A stretch of DNA of 63,047 nucleotides, the filler included, from Octopus bimaculoides (Eukaryota), in the NCBI RefSeq assembly GCF_001194135.2. It is 8 parts of 7 records of this genome, joined end to end, with 100 filler letters (N's around TTAATTAATTAA, not from the genome) between each part and the next. Parts side by side here need not be neighbours in the genome. Positions count along the whole stretch, not along the records: positions 12,191 to 34,347 come from NC_068990.1; positions 34,448 to 40,633 come from NC_068990.1; 6 more parts are not named here. One strand, written 5' to 3'. Numbering within the stretch: the stretch's first letter is position 1; every line of letters begins with the position of its first letter. This document shows, in pieces, positions 26,151 to 39,591 of this stretch. The notes under the pieces were generated by a model. The model saw only the letters and a list, made by a program, of their open reading frames with translations, was not told the DNA's origin and made no database searches. The position numbers and the translations under genes were made by a program.

Positions 26151-27324
26151 GGTATGTTTGTATGTATGTATATACATACATGACAGGCTTGTTTTAATTT
26201 CTCTCTTCCAAATCCAGTTACAAGGCTTTGGTCAGACCAAGTCTAGAGTAAAAGACACTTGCCTATGGTGCCACACAGCAAGACTGAACCTAAATCCATG
26301 TAGTTAGGAAAAAATTTGTTGACTACACACCAACACCTGCACCTGTTTAAATACTGAAATGAGAGTAAATGAAACAAAACTAAAACTAAAGCAACAGTAA
26401 TAACACAATAATATTCCTCCATTTTAAACAGGTGTTAATCATTAAAATGGTGCAAGTAAATCACTGTGTTCTCTATGTAGCAGAGATTTTATCAAAGATG
26501 TTTTTAGAAGTGTCTTAATTATAGTTTTAGTTAAAAGTTTCTTTTATTCAGCCATAAAATTGCTTAACCCTGCTATCAGTTTTCTCTTCTTTTCTGAACT
26601 ATTGTGCCAGTTCACTAATTAACACTGAAATATGTTCTCTTCAAATGTTTGGCTTACAATGAAGTATTTAGTGAATGTGTAACTAATTAGAAAATAATAG
26701 CTCTAAATTAAGCCTGAAGCCATAACCTAGCAGCTGAAATACCAATATTTTATTCATTTAAACATTTGGTCATTTTGAGTTCCTGATCATATATATGAAA
26801 TAATTCTAGACAAGAAAAGAAAGGTATTTTCCAAGAGAGTTAATAAAATATCTATAGCAGAAGCAAAACCATGGCCTAGAATACAGGAGCAAGTGGCAGC
26901 CATCTGATACTTTAAGCATTTAGCAATTATATCATGAGACTTATATCAATTGTCTAATATTGAACATCACAATACAATAACATCACTGGAAAATATGTGT
27001 AGTTCTTAATATTCTCAAAGATATTTATCTTTTTTTCTCTTATATTTCTTTTTCTCTACTCCTACTTATACTTCACTCTCACACACGCAATATTCTTGTA
27101 GCATTGTCCTCTCTAACATTTCCTCTTTCTTCCTCTTTGGTGTTTTGCATAGTTTTGCATAAACACATGATGACCTATACATACATACATGCACCCATAC
27201 ATGTTTATATATACATACATATACATATACACACACACACAGACACACACACACACACACACACACATACATGTATATACACATATATATTTAAGTATAT
27301 ATATATATATATATTCTCTTTTAC

Positions 27325-27658
27325 TCTTTTTACTTGTTTCAGTCATTTGACTGTGGCCATGCTGGAGCACCGCCTTTAGTCGAGCAAATCGACCCCAGGA
27401 CTTATTCTTTGTAAGCCTAGTACTTATTCTATCGGTCTCTTTTGCCGAACCACTAAGTTACGGGGACGTAAACACACCAGCATCGGTTGTCAAGCGATGT
27501 TGGGGGGGCAAACATATACACACACACACATATATATATATATGTACACATATACGATGGGCTTCTTTCAGTTTCCGTCTACCAAATCCACTCACAAGGC
27601 TTTGGTCGGCCCGAGGCTGTAGTAGAAGACACTTGCCCAAGGTGCCACGCAGTGGGAC
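27325..27658 (-). mobile_element. Young microsatellite-core SINE
   Basis: Head and tail modules match the consensus shared with 8735-9250 and 20690-20915. Confidence 0.85.
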
Positions 27659-28356
27659 NNNNNNNNNNNNNNNNNNNNNNNNNATATATATATATATATA
27701 GGTTTGGTGATGTAAATAGGAAAAATAGAGCTCAAAATATCGGTATATGTATATCTTTTTTATTAATATTTAGCAGAAGTAACAGAGTGACTTTTGAGGG
27801 CCAAGAGTTTCTGTTGCTTCTGCTAAATATTAATGAAAAGTATATGTCCATATATATATTTTTATTTATATAAGGGCATTACTATACATAAATACCTCAC
27901 ACTAAGAGGGACTCTAAAAGTCAAACAACCATAATAAACACATTTTTACCGATTGCGAGGGAATGCAACTGTCAAAGCTAGCCCCCTAAAATCAGACTAA
28001 ACGGTAGATCATGAGTTCCTAATTATTGCATTAACATGCACCCTTTACTCATCAGTACACGTGTGATCAAGACATAAAAATAAACAAAAAAATAAACATA
28101 CCAGACGAACACTCCATGTATTCAGCATAGTACATAGAAAATTGTTTATCCCTATATATCTATGTAAGAGGCGGGCTTTTCGAATTGCTTTTTTTAGAAT
28201 AAAATTCAGCACTGAATGTATTCTGGTTATATTTATAATTCAAGAATAGGATAAAATCTTTATAAGAATTTATCAAGTATTTAGTGTGAAAAAATCTCAT
28301 AAGGAAAAAAATCCATCATTTATTCCTTATAAATATATTTATTTATATAAGGGCAT

Positions 28357-28433
<77 letters not shown>

Positions 28434-28518
28434 GTGAATCCAAACAAAGAAGAACAAACAAGAAAAAAACAACAGCGCAAGTACTGTATTATCAGACGCT
28501 CAGAAAGGAAGGAAAGAG

Positions 28519-28555
28519 GATTTAATATTTCGAGCCAAGCTCTTCTTCAGAAACA
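28519..28555 (-). ncRNA. Minimal PLE-type hammerhead ribozyme motif
   Basis: TTT-CTGAAGA-A-GAGC-TTG-GCTC-GAAA-TA-T-T-AAA: intact core, 4-bp stem II, palindromic loopless stem III (AATATT), weak stem I. Confidence 0.55.
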
Positions 28556-29302
28556 GAGGGAAGTCCAAAGGAGGGGAAGATGGAGGTAGAAAATTGCCAA
28601 TAATACACACGTGGTTACATGCCGAGTTCCTTTCAAGTGTTGGGCCTCGTGAAGGCAATGCCCGAGATCTTTGGTGTTATGTCATGCTTGAAAGATGGCA
28701 AGCTGACAGAATCGTTAGTGTGCCAGGTGAAATGCTTTGCAGCAATTTGTCTGTCTGCACATTCTGAGTTCAAATTCTGCCGAGGTCAACTTTGGCTTTC
28801 ATACATTTGGGGTCGATAAACTAAGTACTAGTGAAACACTGGGGTTGATGTAACTGACTGGTCACCTCCCACAAAATTTCAGGCCTTGTGCCTATAGTAG
28901 AAAGGATTATGTCATGCTTGAGAAGAAAACCCACCCAACTGAGCAAAATTACAGTCATGGCAGATACCGGTGTCACACAAAAGGCACCCATGCTAGTGGC
29001 ACGTAAAAGCACCCATTACACTCTTGGAGTGGTTGGTGTAAGGAAGGGCATGCAGCAGTAGAAAATCATCCCAAATCAGACTGGAGTCTGGTGCAGCCTC
29101 CCAGCTTACCAGCCCTGGTCAAACCGTTCAACCTATGTCAGCGTGAACAATGGACGTTAAGTAATGATAATGATAATGATGATTCAAGCAACACATAGCT
29201 GCTGATTTTGCAACAAGCTAATTCTAAAATTTCTCTAAGAGATTAAATTTATATATATTGTGGGCAGAAGCGAGCTACTGCCATCTCTAATAGATGAGAT
29301 AC

Positions 29303-29352
29303 CCAGTACTGAAGAGAAGCAGAGATAGCCTAAAACCAGACTGGTATGCTGG
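29303..29352 (+). ncRNA. Degenerate extended type-I hammerhead ribozyme
   Basis: Stem I CCAGTA/TGCTGG; core CTGAAGA (29309-29315); imperfect stem II; (G>A)AAA; stem III CC-AGACT-GG; GUA cleavage triplet ending at 29346. Confidence 0.55.
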
Positions 29353-29587
29353 TCCCATCACTAGAATGTGGTAGGGGTTCATTCCCTTGTTTGCAATATA
29401 GCGGATGCTGCTGTGTATCATTAATCATCTAGAGGAGATGTCCTCTTGGGGTTACAAAACTGCAGTAAATTCTGATCAAATGGAACAGCCATACTTGTAA
29501 AACTACTGTGATCATCTCTGAGAGAGATTTTAGAACTAGTTGTTTAGCTTGTTGCAAAATTAGTGATTGTGTGTCATTTGAGTTTAT

Positions 29588-29910
29588 ACAGGGTTTAGAC
29601 AAAATAATGGAAACACCTAGCATCATAGCATTATAGTTTTGAAGTATCTATAAAATCGTCAAAAGCTTGTTTATTTTTATGTTTTTTGATTTATTATTAG
29701 TGTTGCTTAATATGTTTTGCTAAAATTGCTGTTTCTTTTCAGATATCACCAGAAAAAGGTAATTAAAATTCATTCAAATGACAGATCTATCGGACTTTCA
29801 AAGAGGTCAAATTGTTGGTGCTCATATGGCAGGCCTTAGCAAAACGAAAACAGCTGGAATATTTGGTATATCAAGAAGTACTGCCTTGAAAGTAATGACA
29901 GTAAAGACAT
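29588..29910 (+). mobile_element. Tc1-like transposon 5' fragment
   Basis: TIR-like tacagggtttagacaaaataatggaaacacc and transposase N-terminus MTDLSDFQRGQIVGAHMAGLSKTKTAGIFGISRST. Confidence 0.8.
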
Positions 29911-30008
29911 AAAGCTATAGATAATAGTATGTCAATATTGGGTTGAAAAACATAAGTACCCATCCCACACACACACGTACATTTATATATGTAAATGTGT
30001 GTGTGTGT

Positions 30009-30111
<103 letters not shown>

Positions 30112-31566
30112 TATGTATGCATGTGTGCATGTATGTATGTATATATGTATGTATGTATGTATGTATGTAATCTATAAAAATTTTAACTACACTAAGAAAT
30201 ATAAGGACTCTTGAATTTGTGATTGATTCTATATATAGCAACAGGTGTGGGCTGAAAATATGCACACTGACTGCTACAAAGTATTGTAACATCATGACAA
30301 TTTCTAAAGTCATTAAGTATGAAATTAAGATTTATACAGCACCAGGCTTTGTTTTGTAGCTATCTCTGTTGCGCATGAATTCTTTCCATTGCATATCCAG
30401 TTACCTTGACACAACTGAAAGAAAGTACCTGTGGATTGTCACATTTTATTGAGCTAAATCTGGCTACAGCCTTCTTATCAACAGCATATATCCTAGGATA
30501 CAGGTTACTGCAACACAATACAGGACTCTACAAACTGCATGATAGCTTACAGCTGATCAGAACTAATAGCTATGCTATTGCTACTATATGGATGATGTCA
30601 TTGTTCAAGCGACAGCAGTTACAATTGTGAACATGCTTTCTTTATATGTAATGCATTTAGCTATCGGCATGCAGAGGGAACTTTAGAAAACTGCAGTCGG
30701 AGTCATTTCAACTGATGGAATGCAAACTTTGCCAAAAGTCACATGTGCAAACATTTTCTGTCACATTCTCCTTGAGAAATGTGAACTTGTAATTGGCTTG
30801 TTCAAGCCCATTTTTGATTAACATGTCTAATGAGGCCTGCATTCATGAAGGCCTGTATTTAAAAAAATGTATACGTATGTGCATATCTGCTTGTGTGTGT
30901 GTGCACACGTGCATGTGTGTGTGCACACGTGCATGTGTGTGTGCACACACATGGATATAGACATAATATATACATACAGACATAGGTTTAGTAGAAACAA
31001 AAACAGGATAAATAGAACTCAGTACATGAGTATGTATATATTTTTTATTATTTTGAATCAGTAGAAATGTGGCTTGAGGGATAAGAGTTTCATGCAAGGT
31101 ACTTATCACATGCCATACATAAAACTCTTAACCCTTGAGACACATCGTAACTTAAAAATAATAAAATATATGTGTGCGTGTGTGTATGTATTTGTATTTG
31201 GATATATGCACGCACAAACAAACCTATGTACAGGCATACTTCAATTTACATTGTCCCAAGTTATATCTTGTTTGACCTTCCATTCTTTTTATAAGAAACT
31301 AATGGAAAAAGTGAACCTTAACTTCAGTCAGTTTATCTAGCTTCCTGCTGATCTCAGTGAACATATTTAAAAGTATGAAAATTAAAAACACAACTGGAAA
31401 TGAAAACTGAAGTGGAAAAATCAAATAAATCAGATATGTACAATTCATTTATTAAAACAGATATACGCAAATCAAATGTTTAAATATGTTATTTCATATT
31501 GTTGCTTTACCAACTAATATCTTGGAGCCAATTACCAATGTAAGTTTTATATAGATATATTTATAC

Positions 31567-31615
<49 letters not shown>

Positions 31616-31627
31616 TGTGTGTGTGTG

Positions 31628-31749
31628 TGTATAAATATATAAAAGGATAAAGAGAACAATGGTAAAGTTAGAAATATATTTTATGGATATCCATAAAATA
31701 TATTTCTAACTTTACCATTGTTCTCTTTATCCTTTTATATATTTATACA
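31628..31749. repeat. 122-bp perfect palindrome with no loop
   Basis: 61-bp arms are exact reverse complements centred on ttatggat|atccataa (31688/31689). Confidence 0.9.
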
Positions 31750-32146
31750 TACATACGCTAATACACAACTTATAATCCCCAATCCTGTTCATACAACGAC
31801 TGGGGCATAACTAGCCAGTATACAGCACTTACTCGGTGTTACCTGTATCTTTGGGTTTGGTTAAATCCAATACCATCCTTAACCTTATATATATATATAT
31901 ATATATATATGGATTTCACTGGACTCTTCCGTTGATAAAAAAAATCATTCCAATACACCATGACATTTGAACCTATTTGAACTTTTTTCCCTTCGTGAGT
32001 GTCAAACTAACACACCTGCTTGTTGTTTATACACCAGTCTTTGTCTTTGTTTTTCTGTAAATTTCAATTGTGTGTGTGTGTGTCTGTCTGTCTGTCTGTC
32101 TGTCTGTGTCTGTGTGTCTGTGTATGTCTGTGTGTGTGTCTGTGTG

Positions 32147-32521
32147 TGTGGAGGCACAATGGCCCAGTGGTTAGGGCTATGGACTTGAGGTTGTAGGACT
32201 GCGGTTTCGATTCCCAGACCGGGTATTGTGAGTGTTTTTTGAATGGAGACACCTAAAGCTCCAAAAGGCTCTGGCAGAGGGTGGTGGCGAACCCTGCAGT
32301 ACTCTTTCACCACAACTTTCTCTCACTCTTTTTCTGTTGTACCAGTATTTCAAAGGGCCAGCCTTGTCACACTCTGTGTTATGCTGAATCTCCCTGAGAA
32401 CTGCATTAAGGGTACACGTGTCTGTGGAGTGCTCAGCCACTTGCACATTACACGAGCAGGCTGTTCCATTGATTGGATCAACTGGAACCCTCATCATCGC
32501 AACCGACGGAGTGCCACAACA

Positions 32522-32522
<1 letters not shown>
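32147..32522 (+). mobile_element. Full-length tRNA-derived SINE (second family)
   Basis: A-box-like tggcccagtggttag and B-box-like ggtttcgattccc; body shared with 11461-11764 and 59351-59475; microsatellite tail. Confidence 0.85.
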
Positions 32523-32552
<30 letters not shown>

Positions 32553-32582
32553 TGTATGTACTACATGTGTGTGTGTGTGTAT

Positions 32583-32778
32583 CAAAAGGTAATCCAACTT
32601 AACATGGATGCCTTGTTAGAACACAGAATACTGCATTATAAGCCTTGAGAGATCCTCTTATTTTGGCACTTGGTGTATAAAATTGCACCAAGTGCTTAAA
32701 TGAGAGAACCTTTCAAGGCTAATATTCAGTGTACTTGTAAGGCATTCATGTTAAGTTGGATATAAAGATTACCTTTTG
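32583..32778. repeat. Imperfect ~195-bp hairpin (MITE-like)
   Basis: caaaaggtaatc-caacttaacatg...gcacttggtg / caccaagtgc...catgttaagttg...gattaccttttg. Confidence 0.7.
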
Positions 32779-33469
32779 GTAACTAATGCTGCCTCTGTTG
32801 CTAATAAGTAATATATATATATATATATATATAGAATAATTAAGACTCATTTGAATTAGGTACTTAAATTGAGGCACCAAGCCAGTTTGGTATAGTCCAT
32901 GCAGCTCAAAGTTAGGTAAATAAAAAGCAAATAAATAATAAGGATATCCAGATATCAGTGCATTATACCCATTTCAAGCAGCTCCATTTAATCAATCAAT
33001 GAAAACATTACATCAATTTCAAACAAGCCACTCTCTTTGGATGCAGACAACCATATAGATTTCCAACATAAAGGATAAACCATTATTTTTTAGCAAAATT
33101 TCATCAGCACAAAAGACTAAAATAACTGCATTGTTTCAATTTGCTATTTTTGCTGCAGAATGAATTTAGGGAAAAAATGTATACTTAAAGCCTACTACAA
33201 TTTTAGGGTGGCAGAGGAAAATAATGGGGATCAAGAAAGAAGAATGGTGATATAGCTACATTTGTATTTATCTTTATCACATTCATTAGACTTAATGCAG
33301 CCTGTTGTCTACAAGCCCTTAGAATTCTAAGGGGTTGACTACAAAAATAATGGTTTATGCTGGAAATCTATATGGTCATTTGCGCCCAAGGAGAGCGGTT
33401 TATTTCAAACTGATGTGATGTTTTCATTGATGAATTAAATGGAGCCGCATGAAACAACCATAATGCACT

Positions 33470-33925
33470 GATACCTGGACATCCTTGTTACTTATTTGCT
33501 GTACCAATAGAGTGCTAAGAGCACCGTCCGAGCGTGATCGTTGCCAGAGCAGCTGCCTGGCTTCCATGCCAGGGGCATGTAAATAGCACCATTTGAACGT
33601 GATCATTACCAGTGTCGCCTGACTGGCATGTGAAAAGACATTTGAGTGAGGTTGTTGCCAGTGCCGCTGGACTGGCTCCTGTGCAGGTGACATGTAAACT
33701 ACACCATTTTGAGTGTGGCCATTGCTAGTACCGCCTGACTGGCCTTTGTGCCAGTGGCACATAAAAACACCCACCACACTCTCAGAGTGACTGGCGTTAG
33801 GAATGGCATCCAGCTGTAGAAACTCTGCCAAATCAGATTGGAGCCTGGTGTAGCCATCTGGTTCGCCAGTGCTCAGCCAAATCGTCCAACCCATGCTAGC
33901 ATGGAAGGCGATGATGATGATGATG
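33470..33925 (+). mobile_element. Dispersed repeat (third SINE/LINE-tail family) ending in (GAT)n
   Basis: gttaggaa.ggcatccagctgtagaaactctgccaaatcagattggagcc...ccaacccatgctagcatgga also occurs at 18600-18775, 25370-25530 and 28980-29180. Confidence 0.75.
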
Positions 33926-34099
33926 TAAAATGTACAGTATTATATATCCATCATGGCAGATCTTAATCCATTTTTTACAAGGAATACAATGGGATGTTAG
34001 GTAACAATCCGATTATATAACCTTATGCTCATCAAAGTTAACTGATATGGAAGAGAATATGGTGACTGCTCTAACATATATATATATATATGTAGTGAA

Positions 34100-34300
34100 A
34101 CTACCTCCCGCCATTACATACAATCTTCTCATTTAAATATAAATAAATGCGAGCGTAGTAGAGAACCCATTCCTTGTCATCACGTGACCGATCATTATTC
34201 GAATCGGCAACTTCTTCGAACCTTTCCCGCCAGAACACAAACTGACCAATCACGGCCCCTAATAAGGTCACGTGATAGAGTAAAATTCTGAAGCCTTCGG
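34100..34300. promoter_or_regulatory. Promoter-like CpG-retaining island with E-box, CCAAT and E2F motifs
   Basis: TCACGTGAC 34180-34188, TTTCCCGCCA 34223-34232, CCAAT 34246-34250 and GGTCACGTGA 34266-34275 fall within 100 bp. A possible minus-strand ATGGCGGGAG|GT starts at 34114. Confidence 0.55.
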
Positions 34301-34530
34301 GAGCCCATAGTTTGTTATAAATAGCTTTAACTCATACCCAATAATTTNNNNNNNNNNNNNNNNNNNNNNNNNNNNNNNNNNNNNNNNNNNNTTAATTAAT
34401 TAANNNNNNNNNNNNNNNNNNNNNNNNNNNNNNNNNNNNNNNNNNNNTATATATATAAATGTGTCTGTATGCATTTATATATAGCGATAGATGGACAGAC
34501 AGGCATATATATATATAAAGAGAGAGAGAG

Positions 34531-34564
<34 letters not shown>

Positions 34565-36543
34565 ACATTTCCTTTCTTATACGCAGCTTCCTTTTCTTCA
34601 TAACTGTACACACAGATTAATTTTGAGGCAGACGCTGTTATAGGTTTATGCCAAATCAACACTTATTGATCAATAATCAGATAATCAAAGGCATTGGCAT
34701 CATGATAATCTTTTTTTTTCTCTTTTCTTGGTGTTGGAGGAGGTGTGTAGTTATAGCTCTGCAAAATATATTTCTATAAATATTTTCCAGTGTCAGCTAG
34801 AGTTAACCAGATCTTTAAGGCATTAATCCATGGCTATACTACCATAGTTTTCTTTTGTTTTTCGTTTTTTGGTTTTTTTTTCTTTTTTATAAATAATATA
34901 CACTGAACTTTATTATCTGATGTTTCCTTGCCTAAGGGAGTTAGGTATTGTTTGAGGAACATATAGATGTCATTTCTAACAGGTCGTTGTTTCGATTAAT
35001 GTCAGTAATATACTCTTGTATATTTCATAATGATTTCCTACTACACAACCATACCTTCCGTTTTTTAATCAGATTTTTAAACTTTAACGGTACTTCTACT
35101 GCCTTGCTATCAAAAGAAAATGGATAACTGTAACAAAAATCCATTGTATAATATTTCCTTTTGTCTTCACTTACACAAAACAAATTTTATATAAATTTAA
35201 TTCTGTTTAACACTTCTTTAGTCAATGTCATGCAATTTTCATGATGATCCAATAACCGCCATTTTTTCATGTAGTTATTATCCCCACAACACTCGTCTTG
35301 TACTGAGATAATTTTCACCCAAACAGGTAAAGATAGATTTTCATTTTTTTAATACTATCTATTATATTCTCATATATTTTGACTCCTGTGATTTTTCCCT
35401 AGTTATTTCCGTTAGAAACTGGTCATAACTGCCAACACAAGCTCTTAAAATTAATAGCATGCTCTACTCAATGTTCTGATTGGATAAAGTAAAACTGCCA
35501 TTTTAAAAGTTATTTGAATTTTCTCCATAACTTCCTTAATGCTCTAGGTACAACTGGAATGATGTTTTCTCGTTGACTAGAACTTTTCGCTTGAGATCTG
35601 CATAATGGCTTATCCTACACCGGAAGGTAGCATTCCATCATCTGGCTATGTACCGTCCTTCATGATAATTTCAAAGTTCCTATTATCATTAAAGAAGGTG
35701 GAAGGCAGACATAGTAGAACACCAGACAAAATGTTTTGAATATTAGGTTAATTTATATCGAAAGTTTAAATTCTGTTATGGTCAACTAACGTTTTCACGC
35801 ATCTGAGGCTATTTATAAGAAATTGCAATCAAATAAGTGGGTTGATTTCGTTTGTGGTGTTCTATCCAATGTTATAGAAATAATTATATTGAAGATATTA
35901 AAATATTCTCACTATTAGAGAACGTGGGAAAATGTTGCAAGGCAGACTTGCTAGAATTATTAATAGTTATATGATCGTTACAATAGAATTACTTAGGATG
36001 GCATATCAGTAGAAGAGATAGTGCATCAACACTTATTCCGGCCCTTTACACGTTAATTTCAAACCCCGCCGAAGTTGACTTTGCTTGGAGTCGACAAAAT
36101 GAGTACCAGTCTAGTATTGTGATAGATTTAATCAGCCGATCCCTTCCAGTCAAATTTCTAGCCTTGTACCTATGTTAGAAATGATTGAATGGTAGATAAA
36201 ATATTTTGCAATATTTAATAACTACTAAAGCTCGACCTGTTTTCACAGTGATTAATAAAATAATGGAAGTAAAAATACTTTGATTGATCTAATTAATTGC
36301 AACTTATTCCAAAATTTGCTGCATTCGGTTTACAATTTTATTATCACAATCAAAAATTGTGGTGTACTATATGCCCTGCAGTCTCTAGTTATTTTCCCTT
36401 TGCTGTGTATTCCAAACTCATTGGGTTGACAATCGCTTTCATCCTCCAGGGTTCGATTAAATAAGTACCGGTAATATACTGGAATAGATTAATTGATTAA
36501 AGGTTTCATCTAGAAATATTTACCTCTGCACAGACACTGGAGA

Positions 36544-36583
36544 TTATTATTATTATTATTATTATTATTAATATTATTATTAA

Positions 36584-36637
<54 letters not shown>

Positions 36638-36671
36638 CATTATTATTATTATAACTTAAAATGTAATAAAG

Positions 36672-36739
<68 letters not shown>
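36544..36739 (+). repeat. (TTA)n microsatellite, interrupted
   Basis: Direct reading of the sequence. Confidence 0.95.
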
Positions 36740-38149
36740 GAATATCCAGCGCTATTAAAATAATATTATTGGGAAGAATAACGTAGTAAATTACATCCTG
36801 TGTAATTCAGCAAGTAAGGGGAGCTGATCTTAGTGGTAACCTGCTATATTTGGATGAAGAATATGGAAATTAGAAAATATATATTTCTCTACCGATCGCT
36901 TTGTATCAAGAAGATGAGTAAAACATTGCCATTTAGCTATATTGAGATATAGGAGAAATAGAGGTGTGTAGGTTGTGAATGGTGATAATTTCCTGTCTTC
37001 TCTAGCAGAAAATTGTGATACAGAAGAAAATAATAGGATTATAAGCACTCGGTTTGATTAGAAGGCCATAGAGGAATGAAATGATATTGACCAGAGAGGA
37101 CCTTGTTTTAATGATATTTTCAAACTATGCAGCACTCGACACAATTATTACCTGATTTTCAATTGTTCTGTATGCTGTGCCTATTGTCTTTCATGGTGTT
37201 GAGCAAATCATAAAATTTATCCTTGGACAAACACTTCTTTAAGTCACTTCAAACTTTGTTCTTGTTTGATAGTATAATTTTATTATGCCCCGGGGGCAGG
37301 AAAGATGGCGGGTGAATGCTATTGGATTGGTGGAATAGAGAGATAGAGAGAATATAGCACTAGTCATAATCATATCTTCGCTTGTATTTCTGAAATCATT
37401 CGTTTTCTTGGAAGTTTCGTTAGTCTAACCCCTCCCTCGCCTCTACTTAGTCCTTGAAGCTGAAACGGAAAATTTCCCTGGTTCTAACTGCGTCAGTAAT
37501 GGCTATTGCCATGCCAGACATTACGCATGCAAACGTGGGTAGGGAAGGGTGTCTTTATGACTCATCCATATTTCCGTTTTGCTGACGACATTTTGCCGTC
37601 AAATACCTGACCACTGCATTTGACTAACACCTAATACAAAAGCACACTAACAATGTATTAATTCTTTGCAGAAGATAAAGGAAACTTCTTACGTCTTTTT
37701 GCTTAATTCGATTCTAAGACATGAGCTTCTCACTTGCAGACATTTTCCCAGGAGCTGAAATCGCGGTGCACTAAGAATCGTGCAGACTATTCGACAGAAT
37801 GACACAAGAGAGAAAGAGACAGAGAGAAAGAAAAGAAAGACAGAGAAAGAAAGAGAGAGAAAGACAAAGTAAAGATGAGAGGTGATGGGTTGGGTGAAGG
37901 AAGAAGAAATTATATCTGAATTGATGATGCCTTTCTAATTTCTAAGGTATGAAATGGTAAAAGTTTTGATAGATCCTGTTCACTTCCTCTTGTCATCTGG
38001 CTGTCTGCGTAGATCAGTCTTTGACCACAATTATCAAATGAGTCACTTTATGTTGGCGATGAAGTAAATGTCTTATAATCTCTAATATATCTAAATCCAA
38101 TGCCCCTCTAAATACTGTCACTGTGCTTCACAGCAGAAAATTACTGCTT

Positions 38150-38530
38150 ATTGCTACTACTGACAAGTTGTGCCTCTTACATTGCTAATAGCCGCAGCAC
38201 TATAATCATCAATACTACCGCATCACCATCATAATCAACAACAACAACAACATCAACAGCAACATCACCGTCTGCAACAACAGCCACAACAGCAACAACA
38301 ATTGCGGTGGCAGCACTATTATCAATTGCGTGAAGTAACCTTGAGGTCACCATCACAACAGCCACCGTCGTAACCACTAGACAGAAGAACACAAATCACC
38401 TTCACACTACCTGAGGTGTTACGTCACAGAGAACATTAACACATCAACTTATCACCACCGCTACAACCACTATCACAGCCGATATCACCCTACTACTACG
38501 ACTACTGCTATTACGACTACTGCTGCTACC

Positions 38531-38585
<55 letters not shown>

Positions 38586-39554
38586 GCAGTATTTTTCTCA
38601 CAAACTTCCACCACCACTACCACTAACATCTACGTCAGTTACTACCCCCAAATCACACCCTGCTATCTTGACAAAAAAAGAAGAGGGAAGACTACATTCG
38701 ATAATATAGTATTCGATACTCTGTGTCTGGAAATATGATAGGATTTTTGTCGTAGATAGAATGCCTCTGATCTTGTTAATAAATCTACTTGAACAGGGGT
38801 GACCTTGGGCTAAACATCTACAGCAGCAGCAACAACAACAACATCAGTTATTACAAGTACTTTTCACTCACTGCCATTCACTCATTTACCCTATCTCAGC
38901 CACATCTCCACTATCACCATTATCGCTTCCATCGTCGTCTCTCTATAAGGTCATCAACAAAACCATCAGCCTCACCATCATCATCATCATTATTCTCATC
39001 TTCTCTATCGTCGTTGTCATCACCATCGTTGCTACCGGCACCACCGACACCATTTCACCATCATCATCATCATCATCATCATCATCGTCGTCGTCGTCGT
39101 AGTCGCTGTCATCATCATCATCATCACTATTATCGTCATCTTCATCGTCGTCGTTGTCGACATCATCATCATTACTTCCGGCACCACCATCACCATTTTT
39201 ACCATCGTCATTATCATCAGCATCATCGACATTATCACTCCTAATTCCGCCACACCCACCACCATCAGCATCACTATCATCATGATCATCATCAGCACCA
39301 CCTCCATCATTCTCCGTTTATCCATAAACCATCACTTCCATTGCCATTTCCATATATATTAAAGTCATCAACACGACCACCAACCTAACCATCATCATTA
39401 TCGTCATCGTCCATGATCATCACCGTTATCATCAAAATCGTCATCATCATCATTTCCCACGGCACCACAATAACCATTCTTACCCTCACCAACATTATCA
39501 TCAACATCACCAGCAGCATCAACACAATCACTTCCATTACTAACGCCACCATTC

Positions 39555-39591
<37 letters not shown>

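Noticed and set aside
28020-28060. Minus-strand CTGATGAG in a repeat tract
   Set aside because: No downstream stem II closure or GAAA; at best a truncated relic.
32147-32225. tRNA-like sequences (also 59351-59425 and 11730-11764)
   Set aside because: They are SINE heads: no complete cloverleaf, and they continue into shared SINE bodies.
34900-35760. Codon-like, stop-ridden minus-strand tract
   Set aside because: May be an old LINE remnant, but I could not assign any motif.
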